Assembly (NCBI GenBank): GCA_965212025.1 | Contig: OZ243039.1 | Location: 1,135,705-1,199,704 of the forward strand | Direction: 5' to 3' | Origin: Candidatus Oxydemutatoraceae bacterium | Lineage (GTDB): Bacteria; Pseudomonadota; Gammaproteobacteria; Poriferisulfidales; Oxydemutatoraceae | DNA: 64,000 nucleotides | In this document: piece by piece, positions 1-11,233 of the stretch | Numbering within the stretch: position 1 is the stretch's first letter | How the letters are laid out: each line of letters begins with the position of its first letter | Position numbers and translations under genes: made by a program | The notes under the pieces: model-generated | Told to the model about the DNA's origin: nothing | The model's database searches: none | What the model saw: the letters and a program-made list of their open reading frames with translations, nothing else

Positions 1-570
1 TCCGCCTCTACTCCTGGCTTATACCTTGCTGATTGCGCAAGTCCTTCTACTGAAGTCGGCGTTACACGAACTGCGCAGTATGCACCACGAGTTCTTGATC
101 CGGCCGTGGCGTATCAAATGACGACCATGTTGCATTCGGTGATTACGAGTGGAACCGGTAGGAGGGCTCGTGAATTGCGCAGAGGTGATATTGCCGGAAA
201 AACCGGAACCACCAATGATTTTCGTGATGCTTGGTTTACTGGTTTTAATCGCGACCTTGTGACCTCGGTCTGGGTGGGGTTTGATGATTACAGAACTTTG
301 GGGAATAGAGAGTCGGGGGCGCGTGCGGCACTTCCGATGTGGATTGACTACATGCGCCACGCATTGGCAGCATATCCTGAGCGGCAGTTTTGCAAGCCAG
401 AAGATATCGTGACCTTGAGAGTCAATGAGCAAGATGGCTTGTTGAGTGACATTGAAGACCCCGACTCGATGTTGGAAAATTTCCGCAGAGAGTTCGCCCC
501 CCGTGAATTTTCAAAAAAGTCAGGGGTTAAGACAAAAGATTCGTCTCCAGAGAACGGTCAGCTGTTTTAA
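1..570 (+). CDS. mrcA: Penicillin-binding protein 1A, C-terminal part (5' end outside window)
   Basis: Frame 1 is open from base 1. The translation '...RVLDPAVAYQMTTMLHSVITSGTGRRAR...KTGTTNDFRDAWFTGF' matches the conserved transpeptidase C-terminus of class A PBPs (KTGT motif). Confidence 0.8.
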   Translation, partial: SASTPGLYLADCASPSTEVGVTRTAQYAPRVLDPAVAYQMTTMLHSVITSGTGRRARELRRGDIAGKTGTTNDFRDAWFTGFNRDLVTSVWVGFDDYRTLGNRESGARAALPMWIDYMRHALAAYPERQFCKPEDIVTLRVNEQDGLLSDIEDPDSMLENFRREFAPREFSKKSGVKTKDSSPENGQLF

Positions 571-726
571 TTTGCAGGGGCTTTGTGGTCTCTTTCCCTT
601 TTTCGGTATTTGGCAGGAGGCAGGAGAATAGAGCCGGGAACGCGGTTGCTTCTGAAGCGCAGTTGTTGGGTGCTGGTATGGCTTCGTGTCTTAGCTTGGT
701 AAAACCAAAAGAGCAGGGGAAAAATC

Positions 727-1542
727 ATGTCTGAGTATGTGGATATTTGTTTCAATTTTGGGCATGATTCTTTTCGCCGTGACCGAGAATTGGTGCTTGA
801 AAGGGCGTGTCAGGCTGGCGTACGGAGAATGGTAATGAGTGGGCTGTCCATTGCCGACAGCGAAAAATCATTGAGCTTGGCTGAGCAGTATTCCACCAGT
901 GGCTGTGAGCTCTTTTCTGCTGTCGGCGTACATCCTCATGCTGCACAGGACTGGCGTGAGCAGAACCGGGAAAAGCTGCTTGACTTGAGCAAACATCCAG
1001 CGGCGCTGGCTATTGGTGAAACCGGTTTGGATTACTTCCGGAATTTTTCTCCGCGAAGCGCGCAGCTCAAAGCATTGTCGGCACAGATTCGTATTGCGCA
1101 GGATGTCAACATGCCTTTGTTTTTTCATCAAAGGGACGCACACGATGATTTTATGGCAGTGATCAAAGCGCATGGTCGGTTGCCAAAAGCCGTGGTGCAT
1201 TGCTTCAGCTCTGATCGCAGGGCTTTGGAGGCATATCTGGAGCTGGATTTTTATATTGGTATTACTGGTTGGATCTGCGACGACCGTCGTGGATTTCATT
1301 TGCATGAACTTGTCAAAATCATTCCAGCCAACCGTTTGATGATAGAGACAGATGCTCCATATCTGGTGCCGAAAGACCTCAGCTTAAGACACCGCGGTTC
1401 ACGCAATGAACCTGCCTATTTGCCGCATATCGCCCAACGTATCGCCAATTGCCTGGAGATGCCTTTGGCTCAGCTGGCTGCGCAAAGTTGCGAAAATGCA
1501 CAGGCGTTTTTTAATTTTCCGGCAGACACACTTTCTTTGTGA
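727..1542 (+). CDS. tatD: TatD-family metal-dependent hydrolase/DNase
   Basis: 271 aa with an ATG at 727. Has TatD hallmarks (VGVHPH, GETGLDY, FHQRDAH, IETDAPYL). Confidence 0.85.
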   Translation: MSEYVDICFNFGHDSFRRDRELVLERACQAGVRRMVMSGLSIADSEKSLSLAEQYSTSGCELFSAVGVHPHAAQDWREQNREKLLDLSKHPAALAIGETGLDYFRNFSPRSAQLKALSAQIRIAQDVNMPLFFHQRDAHDDFMAVIKAHGRLPKAVVHCFSSDRRALEAYLELDFYIGITGWICDDRRGFHLHELVKIIPANRLMIETDAPYLVPKDLSLRHRGSRNEPAYLPHIAQRIANCLEMPLAQLAAQSCENAQAFFNFPADTLSL

Positions 1543-1640
1543 TGTTTGAGTATTGCTTGGGTAGTGTGAGTGCAGGACTCTTGAAGCCCCATAAAGAAAG
1601 GGGTGAGTGCACGAAGCTTTAGAGCGACTGTGCTGTAGAT

Positions 1641-1675
1641 ACCAAAACGGGGGCTGATGCCCCCGTCTCGGTTTA
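1641..1675. terminator. Bidirectional rho-independent terminator between convergent tatD and BCCT genes
   Basis: A GC hairpin cgggggc-tgat-gcccccg at 1648-1665 is flanked by T-rich runs on both strands (gttttggt on the minus strand, tctcggttt on the plus strand). Confidence 0.6.
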
Positions 1676-1700
1676 CCTGTTTAGGTAGTAGGGGGTACGC

Positions 1701-3350
1701 TTAACCGGCTGTCTTAGACGCCTGCGTATCGTACTGCGCACCAAGGTCTTCCTCTTTCAAGGCCTTCACAAAACCCCACATCATCATCAGGATGATTATG
1801 GAGAAGGGAAGGGCGGTGGCAATGGCTGCGGTTTGCAGCGCTCCTAAACCACCAGCCAGAATCAACACGGCTGCAACCGCCGCCTCAGTCAAACCCCAGA
1901 ACACCCGGTGTTTGATGGGGGGCTGTTCGTCTCCGTCAGAAAGGATGGTGGTAATCACCAGCGTCCCAGAGTCGGATGATGTCACAAAGAAGGTGGCAAT
2001 CAACGCAGTCGCAACCACTGTGAAAATTGAGCCTACTATTCCGGCATCCATCAGATCGAATGTGGTGTACAACGCTTGTGTCACATCCGCTTTAACAGCA
2101 GCAACAATTCCTGCCTGACCGGCAGCAGAAACAATTTCACCTGCCTCATTCGTGACGGTATGGAACAACTCTATCCAGAGAGCGGTTCCACCAAAAGCAG
2201 TCAACCAAACCATTCCCAATAAAGTGGGCACCAGTAGCACACCAACGATGAACTCACGGATTGTCCGTCCTTTCGATATGCGGGCAATAAACATGCTGAC
2301 AAAAGGAGCCCATGAAATCCACCAAGCCCAGTAGAAAGCAGTCCATCCACCCTGCCAATCCCCATCTTCCGTTGAGTCGTTCCACAGGCTCAATGGAATG
2401 ACATTGGCCAAGTAGTCGCCAACGCTTTCCAGGAAAAACCCGAGTAGAAACAACGTGGGTCCAAAAATAATCATGAAGGCAATAACGGACAAAGCCATCC
2501 ACATGTTCAACTCACTGAGAATGCGAATTCCCTTGTCAACGCCGGAAACCACTGACCATATAGCGATCAGCGAAATGACCAATATGAGCACCATAATTGC
2601 CAGCGTGGCAGGCCCGGTAACCGCACCGTCCGCACCCCTTTCGACAAAGAACTCAATACCCGTTATTTCAAATATGCCTGTCGCTAACTGCTGAACCCCA
2701 AATCCCAAGGAAGTCGCAACCCCGAAAACTGTGGCAAACACTGCAAGTATGTTGACTGCATTTCCTATGGGACCTTTCACTCTGTCACCAATGATTGGGT
2801 ATAAGGCAGAGGAAATGGTAAGCGGGAGATTCTTGCGATACGCGAAATAGCAAAGACATAAAGCCACAATTACGTAAATTGCCCATGGGTGGAGACCCCA
2901 GTGGAAAAATGTAATTCGCATGGCAGTCGTAGCAGCCTCGCTAGTCAGACCTTCAGCAATGAAAGGATTACTGTCAAAGTGGTAGATGGGTTCGGCAATG
3001 CTCCAGAATACAAGCCCGATGCCCATGCCAGCACCGAAAAGCATTGACAGCCAGGAAAAATTGCTGAACGCCGGCCGGTCTGTGTCCGCCCCTAATCGGA
3101 TACTTCCGTAACGCCCCATAGCTAGCCACATCGTAAAGAAAAGGAAAAAGGCGACTACCGCGATGTAGTACCACTTCAAAGTAGCCTTGATCCAGTTTGA
3201 CAAGTCATTAAAGACCACGTTTGCCGTTTCGACATACAGAAAAGTCCAAGTCACGAAGACAACCACCAGCGCTGCCGCAATCATGGTGGTTGCCTTGTTC
3301 ATGTCCTTAAACAGTCCTGAAGTAGCCCTATTCGGTTCAATTATTGCCAT
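1701..3350 (-). CDS. BCCT-family (betaine/carnitine/choline) transporter
   Basis: 549-aa polytopic membrane protein carrying the BCCT signature region 'WGLHPWAIYVIVALCLCYFAYRKNLPLTISSALYPIIGD' and 'WTAFYWAWWISWAPFVSMF'. Confidence 0.85.
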   Translation of the reverse strand: MAIIEPNRATSGLFKDMNKATTMIAAALVVVFVTWTFLYVETANVVFNDLSNWIKATLKWYYIAVVAFFLFFTMWLAMGRYGSIRLGADTDRPAFSNFSWLSMLFGAGMGIGLVFWSIAEPIYHFDSNPFIAEGLTSEAATTAMRITFFHWGLHPWAIYVIVALCLCYFAYRKNLPLTISSALYPIIGDRVKGPIGNAVNILAVFATVFGVATSLGFGVQQLATGIFEITGIEFFVERGADGAVTGPATLAIMVLILVISLIAIWSVVSGVDKGIRILSELNMWMALSVIAFMIIFGPTLFLLGFFLESVGDYLANVIPLSLWNDSTEDGDWQGGWTAFYWAWWISWAPFVSMFIARISKGRTIREFIVGVLLVPTLLGMVWLTAFGGTALWIELFHTVTNEAGEIVSAAGQAGIVAAVKADVTQALYTTFDLMDAGIVGSIFTVVATALIATFFVTSSDSGTLVITTILSDGDEQPPIKHRVFWGLTEAAVAAVLILAGGLGALQTAAIATALPFSIIILMMMWGFVKALKEEDLGAQYDTQASKTAG

Positions 3351-3454
3351 AGCAAATTACCTCTTGTTGATGACTAAAGATCAGAATGATTGTTGTATCC
3401 AAAGATAAAATGAGTTGAAGTCCTTATCGAACTCCTTACCGCTACCGGGTCGAG

Positions 3455-4839
3455 TTAGTCCGCTTGACCGGCAGGACCAAGGTCTCCGTGAGCAAAAACT
3501 CCGGCAACATAAAAGCCTGAGTCGTTCCAGTATTCGGCAAGCAAATTCACTTCGGTATCAAAGACATCACCGGCATCATATTCAGATCCAGGTGGACCAC
3601 CTGCGGCGTCCCGCTCGTGGTGGAATCCGAGCAACTGAACCCTGGACAACCAAGAGACTGGTGGGGAGACGGCTAGCTTGACCATTTGCGTTCTCTGATC
3701 CGAATTGTTATGCCACCACTCACCGGCGAACTCTCCCTGGAACCAAGTGCCCCAACTTCTGAGAAAGGTGTAAAACAATGCGTCATGTGCCTCATTACTG
3801 TCAGGGGTGTTTGGATCGTCTCCACTGGCACGAAAATATCGATACCCAACTTGCGGACTCCAAGGCAACCCCTGAATGTTGTGTTCTACTTCCGCATAGT
3901 AGGAGTAAGCGTCGCTGTAGCTCACCGTGCCATCTGGGCTGTCGCCAGCATCCAAAATGACTTCCCCGTAGAAAGTTGTATTTGGCAAAGCCGAGAATTT
4001 CAAACCTTCAAGGCGAAAGTCGTAATAACGCCTGCCTTGTCTAGTGGGGCTATCAGAAGCAGTAACAGCTATGTACATAAGCCCAAGCTTGCCTCCCGTC
4101 AGAAAGCCTAATCCTGCTTCTGGCACCGTGTACTCCAGGTTCACCCCCCATACTTGAGTGTTCAGCCCTTTGTAGATATCAGAGCCCCCTTCCAACCAGA
4201 AAATGTCAGCACGAACGTCTTCAACCCCAGGAACCTGATTAACGCGAACTATGGCTGATTCGCGAAAAGCCTTGTGTGCGCCGATGAAAAATTCGCCGGA
4301 GTCCCGACCACAAAAAGTATTACCACAGTCCAGAGAGCCATCACCGATCAGTAGTGCATCACCAACTACAAAGTCTTGCGCACCAAAGGAGACGTCCACC
4401 CAGTCATTGCGATAACCCAAATTCGCCCACTCGTTAATAAATTTGTGGTCGCCATCCTCAACGTAGCCGTATGGGGCGGGATCATTGCCAAAAGTCCACG
4501 ACGCTGCCGAGACGTAGGATATCCTGCTGTAAATGGTGCCGCCGGCGTCCAGATCGTAAGTCAAATCAATTTGCGGCTCTAAGGCCACCTCGCCCTCGTT
4601 GGAGTCGTTGGTCGACTGGTATCGCTAGAAGAGCCACCACCGTTTGCGGTTATGGCAAAGCCAACCAGCAACGCGCTGACTTTCGCTTTGAAGTTTCCTG
4701 CGGAGTACAACTCATATTCAGAGTAGGCGGCGGGGGAGAAAGCCAAGGCAGTGAAAGCTACGGATAGCGTAGCCCACACCTGTGAGGCTCGTAAAAAGCT
4801 ACCCTTACGGCCAGCTCTAAAAGCAGAAATTTCTAACAT
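3455..4839 (-). pseudogene. Outer-membrane beta-barrel (alginate-export/AlgE-like porin) gene interrupted by a frameshift near 4600-4625
   Basis: The N-terminal ORF 4579..4839 encodes a signal peptide (MLEISAFRAGRKGSFL...ALAFSPAAYS) plus the first strands. The body ORF 3455..4588 lies in another frame, is rich in aromatic and alternating residues, and ends in a terminal F (AlgE-like). The two frames overlap and an in-frame TAG sits at 4625-4627. Confidence 0.6.
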
Positions 4840-5783
4840 CTTATTATCTCCATTACGAGTGGTGGCGGATTCCTGGTCACCGTCCAGACTTAAAACGGCG
4901 ACTGCGTTCCTGCAAGCCTAGGCGCAGACAATATGTGCCCTACAACTGGAAAGGCTCTGAAACCCAGAGCAAAACTTGCTCCGCGGGTCATCCTAGACAA
5001 AGGAAATAGCAATTGCAAGTACTTTGTTGTAGCGAAGCGCTATTGGTTCAAAAATGGTTTTTGGCTTTCGGTGGTGTGACGAATGTTGCCCCTTGTGGCC
5101 GGTATCCGGATTTTACCCACTCTTGTATGTTTACAGTGCTTGCTCCGGAGCCGCCAAGGGCTGGATGTGTCCGTTTTTTGTTGGAATCTGGTGTTTGCGT
5201 TACATGGAGAGAAGGCATCTTCATTGTGCTTTGACGGACTACGACATTGCCTTGCGTGCAAGGCCGGGCGCCAGGAGTTGTTTTGACCCGTTGGAATTGC
5301 CAAAGTTGAATGACGCCGTGAAGGGATCGAAAGCTTTATTTTCCTGCAAGGGCGTTATTATGTCCGTTTGAGTGGACACCCAGTGCGAAAGCAGGACATT
5401 AATGTGGCGAAGCGCAGTCTCAAGCTTCAGGAAGGCCTGCTGTCAGGGACTATGGTCAGTACGCCCTTTGCCATATCCTGGAAGCCTGGATTTCGGTGAA
5501 CCGTTTCCGGTCGGGGAAGCGAGAGTTGAAGCTTGGGTGGGGACTCGTGTGCTTCGCGAAGGAGAAGCGCGAAGGAACAGGGGATTTGCGAGATCGGCTC
5601 GTTTTGCGCCTGCTCCCTGTTTTTCAGCTGCCAACCCTGCCTGACAAAAATTGCAGGCAATTCAAACATTATTCGATCTGATGTTTTTGATGGAAATACG
5701 AAAGCGAGCGCAGCGCTTCTGATGTTGATCGTGTGCGCGTGTTAGCTGCCGTGGCTTTTTCTCATTTCAGAACGCGTATAAAG

Positions 5784-6404
5784 ATGTGCGGCATCCGCAA
5801 TTCTGCGACTGTCCAGCAGTTGGTGCAGTTGGGGGTGGATGCCATCGGTTTGAACTTTGTGGCTTCCAGTCCGCGTTGTATTTCCTTAGAGGACGCTGTG
5901 AAAATGCTCCAGGCGCGCCCGATTTTTCTCAGCGTGGTCGCCTTGTTCATGGATCAAGATGCCAGCTTTGTGCGCCAGGTGGTCACCGCATTGCGTCCCG
6001 ACTACTTGCAATTTCATGGTTCCGAGAGCCCCGGTTACTGTACCGGGTTTGGTGTGCCTTACATCAAGGCTGTGCCCATGGCGGATCCGGAGCGCGCCGG
6101 AATTTGTGTGCGTCAACATCATGAACAGGCTTCGGCATTGTTGTACGATTCACACGCACCGGGAACAGCAGGTGGTAGTGGGCTCTCGTTTGTCTGGCAA
6201 AAATTGCCAAAGTGGACAGACTGCCCTGTCATATTGGCAGGAGGGCTGACGGCCACTAACGTTCGAGAAGCCATTTCGCTTACTCGGCCTTATGGGGTGG
6301 ATGTGTCCAGTGGAATTGAAAGAATAAAAGGAACCAAGGATTTATCGCTGATGAAAGATTTTGTGGAATCCGTGCGGCGTGCTGACCGGGAAGTGCTGCG
6401 TTGA
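5784..6404 (+). CDS. trpF: Phosphoribosylanthranilate isomerase
   Basis: The ATG at 5784 gives '[25 protein letters not shown]...' with the PRAI fold motifs. It is followed directly by trpB and trpA. Confidence 0.85.
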   Translation: MCGIRNSATVQQLVQLGVDAIGLNFVASSPRCISLEDAVKMLQARPIFLSVVALFMDQDASFVRQVVTALRPDYLQFHGSESPGYCTGFGVPYIKAVPMADPERAGICVRQHHEQASALLYDSHAPGTAGGSGLSFVWQKLPKWTDCPVILAGGLTATNVREAISLTRPYGVDVSSGIERIKGTKDLSLMKDFVESVRRADREVLR

Positions 6405-6405
6405 T

Positions 6406-7614
6406 ATGACCCAGGCATGTCGCTTTAGTGGGCAGGACTTACCCGACAGCAAAGGGTATTTTGGTTCATACGGTGGGCGCTTTGTAGCAGAAACCCTGAT
6501 TCATCCCCTGCAGGAACTGGAAAAGGCATGGCGGATCTCTCAGAAAGACCAGGGTTTTCAAAAAGAGCTTGACGGACTCCTGTCAAATTATGTTGGTCGA
6601 CCCAGCCCTCTGTATTTTGCGAAAAACCTGAGTGCCGAGCTTGGGGGTGCCGCGGTGTATTTGAAACGCGAAGACTTGAATCACACCGGCGCACACAAAA
6701 TCAACAGTGCTTTGGGTCAGGCTTTGCTCGCCAGGCGCATGGGGAAAACGCGTGTCATTGCGGAGACCGGTGCTGGTCAACATGGTGTGGCGACCGCGAC
6801 TGTGGCCACCTTGTTCGGGTTGAAATGCACGGTTTTTATGGGTGAAGAAGACATGGTCAGGCAAAAGCCCAATGTGTACCGCATGCGGCTTTTGGGCGCG
6901 AAGGTGGTGGGTGTTGCCGCTGGCTCGCGCACTCTGAAAGACGCCATGAACGAAGCGATGCGTGAATGGGTTGGCAGTGTTGAGGATACTTTTTACATCA
7001 TCGGCACCGTTGCCGGCCCTCACCCTTACCCGGCCGTCGTGCGTGATTTTCAAGCTGTAATCGGGCGCGAAACTGCTTCACAACTGCGCGCAATCACCGG
7101 GCAGGATCCTGATGCTCTGGTTGCCTGCATTGGTGGAGGCTCCAATGCCATCGGTCTTTTCGCGCCTTTTATTTCGAAGACAAAGGTCAAGCTGTATGGC
7201 GTAGAAGCAGCGGGCAAAGGCATTTCCAGTGGTCTCCACGCTGCATCGCTGACCGCAGGGAAACCTGGGGTGTTACACGGCAATCGTACCTATCTTCTGG
7301 CCGACGATGACGGGCAGATTTTAGCTACGCATTCCATCTCGGCTGGCCTGGATTATCCGGGTGTCGGTCCCGAACATGCTTGGCTTAAAGATACCGGCAG
7401 GGCTGAGTACGTGACTGCTACCGATGCTGAGGCCTGGCAAAGCTTCCAGCGACTGTGCCGGTGCGAGGGAATCATCCCGGCACTCGAAAGTAGCCATGCG
7501 CTGGCTTATGTGGAAAAAATCGCACCGCGCTTCACCGCGCAGCAGAATATTGTTGTTAACCTCTCCGGGCGTGGTGACAAGGATTTGGAAATCGTTGCAA
7601 AACTTGGCAACTGA
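6406..7614 (+). CDS. trpB: Tryptophan synthase beta chain
   Basis: '[15 protein letters not shown]...[22 protein letters not shown]...GGGSNAIG' is the canonical PLP-dependent TrpB sequence. The ATG at 6406 abuts the trpF stop codon. Confidence 0.92.
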   Translation: MTQACRFSGQDLPDSKGYFGSYGGRFVAETLIHPLQELEKAWRISQKDQGFQKELDGLLSNYVGRPSPLYFAKNLSAELGGAAVYLKREDLNHTGAHKINSALGQALLARRMGKTRVIAETGAGQHGVATATVATLFGLKCTVFMGEEDMVRQKPNVYRMRLLGAKVVGVAAGSRTLKDAMNEAMREWVGSVEDTFYIIGTVAGPHPYPAVVRDFQAVIGRETASQLRAITGQDPDALVACIGGGSNAIGLFAPFISKTKVKLYGVEAAGKGISSGLHAASLTAGKPGVLHGNRTYLLADDDGQILATHSISAGLDYPGVGPEHAWLKDTGRAEYVTATDAEAWQSFQRLCRCEGIIPALESSHALAYVEKIAPRFTAQQNIVVNLSGRGDKDLEIVAKLGN

Positions 7615-8440
7615 AATCCATTCCGGACGCATTAAGGACTGCTTCGACAGCTTGCGGAGCAGTCGGCGCGTAGCTTTGGTGGCGTACATTGTGGCAGGAG
7701 ACCCGTCTCCCGAACGCGTGGTGCCACTGATGAAAACTTTGGTGGCAAGCGGCGTCGACATCATTGAATTAGGCGTGCCTTTTTCTGATCCCATGGCGGA
7801 TGGGCCAGTCATTCAGAGGGCGTGCGAAAGGGCGCTTTCCCATCAGACGAACTATGCCCAGGTTGTCGGTTTTGTGGCGGAATTCCGCAAATCCGATACC
7901 CGAACTCCGGTGGTGCTGATGGGTTACCTCAACCCCATTGAAGCAATGGGGTACAAGTCTGCGGTGGGTCTGGCAAAAAGAGCCGGAGTGGATGGCTTCT
8001 TGATCGTCGACATGCCTCCCGAAGAAGGAACTTCCCTGGAGAAGGAAATGGTACGCAACCACCTTGATTTGATTTTTTTGCTTGCACCGACGACTCCGGA
8101 AGCACGAATTCGCACAATCTGCAAAGCTGCGCGCGGTTTTATTTATTATGTTTCTCTCCGAGGAGTCACCGGCGCTGGCAATTTGAGTTGTTCTGAAGTG
8201 GTGCAGCGACTTGCTGAAATCAAGCGCCACACTGACTTGCCCGTTGGAGTTGGATTTGGCATCAAGGACGCGGCTGTGGCTGCCGAAATTGCGGGGCACT
8301 GTGATGCGATTGTTGTGGGCAGCGCCATTGTTCGGTGCATTGAGCGCCACCGTGATGACTGGCCACAATGCCAGGCAGCGATAAGTACACTGCTGCGACC
8401 CATGCGTCAGGCTATGGATGCAGCCACTGGAGCTGCTTGA
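7604..8440 (+). CDS. trpA: Tryptophan synthase alpha chain
   Basis: '[50 protein letters not shown]' matches the TrpA N-terminus. The likely start is the TTG at 7604, overlapping the trpB stop; the exact start is uncertain. Confidence 0.85.
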   Translation: MATEIHSGRIKDCFDSLRSSRRVALVAYIVAGDPSPERVVPLMKTLVASGVDIIELGVPFSDPMADGPVIQRACERALSHQTNYAQVVGFVAEFRKSDTRTPVVLMGYLNPIEAMGYKSAVGLAKRAGVDGFLIVDMPPEEGTSLEKEMVRNHLDLIFLLAPTTPEARIRTICKAARGFIYYVSLRGVTGAGNLSCSEVVQRLAEIKRHTDLPVGVGFGIKDAAVAAEIAGHCDAIVVGSAIVRCIERHRDDWPQCQAAISTLLRPMRQAMDAATGAA

Positions 8441-8473
8441 GTCAGCATCCTTTGAAAACAAGACAGGATCGTT

Positions 8474-9322
8474 ATGAGTTGGTATAAAAAATTGATGCCT
8501 TCGCGTATTCGTACGCGCGTTGGAACCCGTAAGGTTCCGGAAGGTTTGTGGCTGAAATGCGAAGCTTGCGAGAATGTGCTTTATCGGCCGGAACTGGAAC
8601 GCTTGCTGGGTGTCTGCAGCGAGTGTGGCCACCATGTGCGCCTGCCCGCCAGGCAGCGATTGAAGATGTTTTTGGATCAGGGAGATTGGCTGGAAATTGG
8701 GCAGGACATCAAGCCCATAGATTTTCTAAAGTTCAAGGACAGGAAGAAATATCGGGAACGGTTGGTCGATGCGCAGAAGCAAACGGGAGAAAGTGACGCC
8801 TTGGTGGTTCAGGCGGGAGAAGTGCTGGGTCTGCCGTTAGTCGCCGCGGCATTCGAGTTTGACTTTATCGGAGGATCCATGGGTTCGGTAGTCGGCGAGC
8901 GCTTACGCCGGGCGATCGCTCACTGTTATGAACATCGTATACCTTTTGTTTGTTTTTCCACGAGTGGAGGTGCGCGCATGCAGGAGGCGCTGGTGTCTTT
9001 GTTGCAAATGTCGAAAGTAAGCGCGGCACTGGCACGACTGCGGACGCGCCGATTGCCTTTTGTTTCCGTGCTGACGGATCCGACTATGGGGGGGGTTACC
9101 GCGAGCATCGCGATGCTCGGTGATGTGGTGATTGCCGAACCTGAAGCACGAATCGGTTTTGCCGGTGCCAGGGTGATTGAGCAGACCACACGTGAGGTAT
9201 TGCCGGAGGGCTTCCAGCGCAGTGAATTTTTGCTTTCCCATGGTGCCATTGACATGATTGTGCCGCGAACCGAATTGCGTCACCGGGTGGTCAATATTTT
9301 GCGAATTTTGGGAAGATGCTGA
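8474..9322 (+). CDS. accD: Acetyl-CoA carboxylase carboxyltransferase subunit beta
   Basis: N-terminal Zn-ribbon CxxC...CxxC (CEACENVLY...CSECGHH) followed by the carboxyltransferase domain. Conserved accD-folC-dedD-cvpA-purF synteny. Confidence 0.92.
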   Translation: MSWYKKLMPSRIRTRVGTRKVPEGLWLKCEACENVLYRPELERLLGVCSECGHHVRLPARQRLKMFLDQGDWLEIGQDIKPIDFLKFKDRKKYRERLVDAQKQTGESDALVVQAGEVLGLPLVAAAFEFDFIGGSMGSVVGERLRRAIAHCYEHRIPFVCFSTSGGARMQEALVSLLQMSKVSAALARLRTRRLPFVSVLTDPTMGGVTASIAMLGDVVIAEPEARIGFAGARVIEQTTREVLPEGFQRSEFLLSHGAIDMIVPRTELRHRVVNILRILGRC

Positions 9323-9341
9323 ATATTTTTTGGCTGTGGCG

Positions 9342-10667
9342 ATGAAATTCAGTCGGCTTGAAGATTGGCTGGAGTGGCAGGAATGCCTGCATCCCAAAGG
9401 GATTGATCTGGGGCTTGAGAGGATTGCCGTGGTTGCCCGGCGGTGCGACCTGCTCACCGTGAAATGCCCGATTGTTACTGTGGCGGGAACCAACGGCAAA
9501 GGTTCAACAGTGGCGCTGATGGAAGCCATGCTGAGTGCCGAAGGGTATCGGGTGGCGTCTTACACCTCACCTCATTTGCACCTGTATAACGAGCGCATCA
9601 AAGTGGGCGGGAAGCTGGTCAGCGATGAGGACTTGTGTCAGATATTTGACTTTATAGAAGAGCGACGCGGTGATACCTCACTGAGCTTTTTTGAGTACGG
9701 GACGCTTGCTGCCCTGTGTCACTTTCAAAAAGAGGCACCCGACGTTGTGATTTTGGAGGTTGGGCTCGGAGGTCGGCTGGATGCTGTGAATATTCTTGAT
9801 CCCGATGTTGCCATCATTACCAGCATCGACCTTGACCACATCAACCTGCTTGGCAGTAATAGGGCGGATATTGCTGCAGAAAAGGCGGGTATTTTGCGTC
9901 AGGGTCGCCCCTTGATTTGCGGAGACTTCGACCTTCCGTGCGTGGTCGGACAATTGGCAAGAGATGCGGGGGCGAATTTGTCGCAGTTGGGAAAAGAGTT
10001 TGATTTTGTGCAAGGAAGAAAGGAAGACACTTGGGACTTTGTTTCTGAACAAATCAAGATTGAGGGCTTGCCGGTTCCGGCTTTGTTCGGGACGGTTCAA
10101 TACCACAACGCGTCCTGCGCGATACAGGCTTTGCAATTGTTAAAGAGACGATTACCGGTATCGCGAAAAGCTCTGGAAAAGGGGCTTGAAAACGTCAGGC
10201 TTTCGTGGCGCTTTGAGTCGACAAGTGAAGGGTGCACGGTCATCAGGGATATTGCCCATAATCCGGCGAGTTGCGCTGTGTTGGCAGCAAATTTGCGTGC
10301 CTTCAGGAAGTTCCGGCGTTTGCATGCGGTTTTCGGAGTGTTGGATGACAAGGATGTCCGCGGCATGGTACGCGAGCTGCTTCCTCTTGTTGACATGTGG
10401 TACCTGGGGCAAGCCGAAACCCGGCGCGCCATGACTTTGGACAAGCTTTCCAAACTGGTAAGAGAAATGGCGGTGGGGAAAACGGTGTTGAATTTTCCTG
10501 GCATTGTTGATGGGTACCGGCAGGCGGTTTCTTTTTTGGAACCGGATGATGGATTGCTGGTGTTCGGTTCAGTGGTCACTGTGGCGGCCACCAGCTTTGC
10601 CACTCGTTGGATTTCCCGCCACCAGGCGGCGAGTGCTGAAGAACGGGTTTTTGTTGCTTCAGGGTGA
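9342..10667 (+). CDS. folC: Bifunctional folylpolyglutamate synthase / dihydrofolate synthase
   Basis: Mur-ligase family P-loop 'VAGTNGKGST' and the FolC context. The ATG at 9342 (MKFSRLEDWLEW) is preferred over the upstream ORF start. Confidence 0.88.
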   Translation: MKFSRLEDWLEWQECLHPKGIDLGLERIAVVARRCDLLTVKCPIVTVAGTNGKGSTVALMEAMLSAEGYRVASYTSPHLHLYNERIKVGGKLVSDEDLCQIFDFIEERRGDTSLSFFEYGTLAALCHFQKEAPDVVILEVGLGGRLDAVNILDPDVAIITSIDLDHINLLGSNRADIAAEKAGILRQGRPLICGDFDLPCVVGQLARDAGANLSQLGKEFDFVQGRKEDTWDFVSEQIKIEGLPVPALFGTVQYHNASCAIQALQLLKRRLPVSRKALEKGLENVRLSWRFESTSEGCTVIRDIAHNPASCAVLAANLRAFRKFRRLHAVFGVLDDKDVRGMVRELLPLVDMWYLGQAETRRAMTLDKLSKLVREMAVGKTVLNFPGIVDGYRQAVSFLEPDDGLLVFGSVVTVAATSFATRWISRHQAASAEERVFVASG

Positions 10668-10738
10668 AACAGTGTTTGTCCAGAGTTCCAGGTTGTCTGA
10701 AACACAGTCTTTAGTGCGCTTTTGAAACAAGTAGAAAA

Positions 10739-11233
10739 ATGGCAAACAGTCGTCTGAAGAATCGCCTGGTTGGAACCGTGGTGATTGTCGCCTTGGGGGT
10801 GATTGTGTTGCCTCAGGTTTTTGACGCGGAAGGCTACCGGCAGATTGAGCCTTTGCGTCTGGAAATTCCGGCGGGTCCCACATTCGAAGTGGAGCAAGAT
10901 GTTTCCGATCTGCTCAAAACGCAGTCCCGGATGGATGAGGAGGCTGCCACCATTAAAAAGAACGTTTTGGCGAAGGGACGCCGACCTGAATGGATGGTGA
11001 TTGCAGGGAGCTTCAAGTTTCCGAAAAATGCGGGGATGTTGGTGGCGAAGCTTGCCAAGGCAGGACATGATGCAAAGATCTCGACGACCGGGGCGGAAGG
11101 TGGTGAACGCTATTACGTGGTTGAACTTGAGCCGTTCCCGAACGAAGACGAAGCCACAGACGCAGCGAAGGATATCAAGAAAAAATTCTCGGTTTCTGCC
11201 CGAGTGGTGCGAAAGGGAGTGGTGAGCCGTTGA
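10739..11233 (+). CDS. dedD: SPOR-domain cell-division protein DedD-like
   Basis: An N-terminal TM helix (LVGTVVIVALGVIVLP) with a C-terminal SPOR-like domain, positioned between folC and cvpA. Confidence 0.7.
   Translation: MANSRLKNRLVGTVVIVALGVIVLPQVFDAEGYRQIEPLRLEIPAGPTFEVEQDVSDLLKTQSRMDEEAATIKKNVLAKGRRPEWMVIAGSFKFPKNAGMLVAKLAKAGHDAKISTTGAEGGERYYVVELEPFPNEDEATDAAKDIKKKFSVSARVVRKGVVSR

Noticed and set aside
7769-8635. Long minus-strand ORFs antisense to trpA, and similar ones at 10097..11068, 30596..31255 and 31616..32785
   Set aside because: They lie entirely inside well-supported plus-strand genes, lack any recognisable motifs, and are the kind of antisense ORF expected in GC-rich coding DNA.
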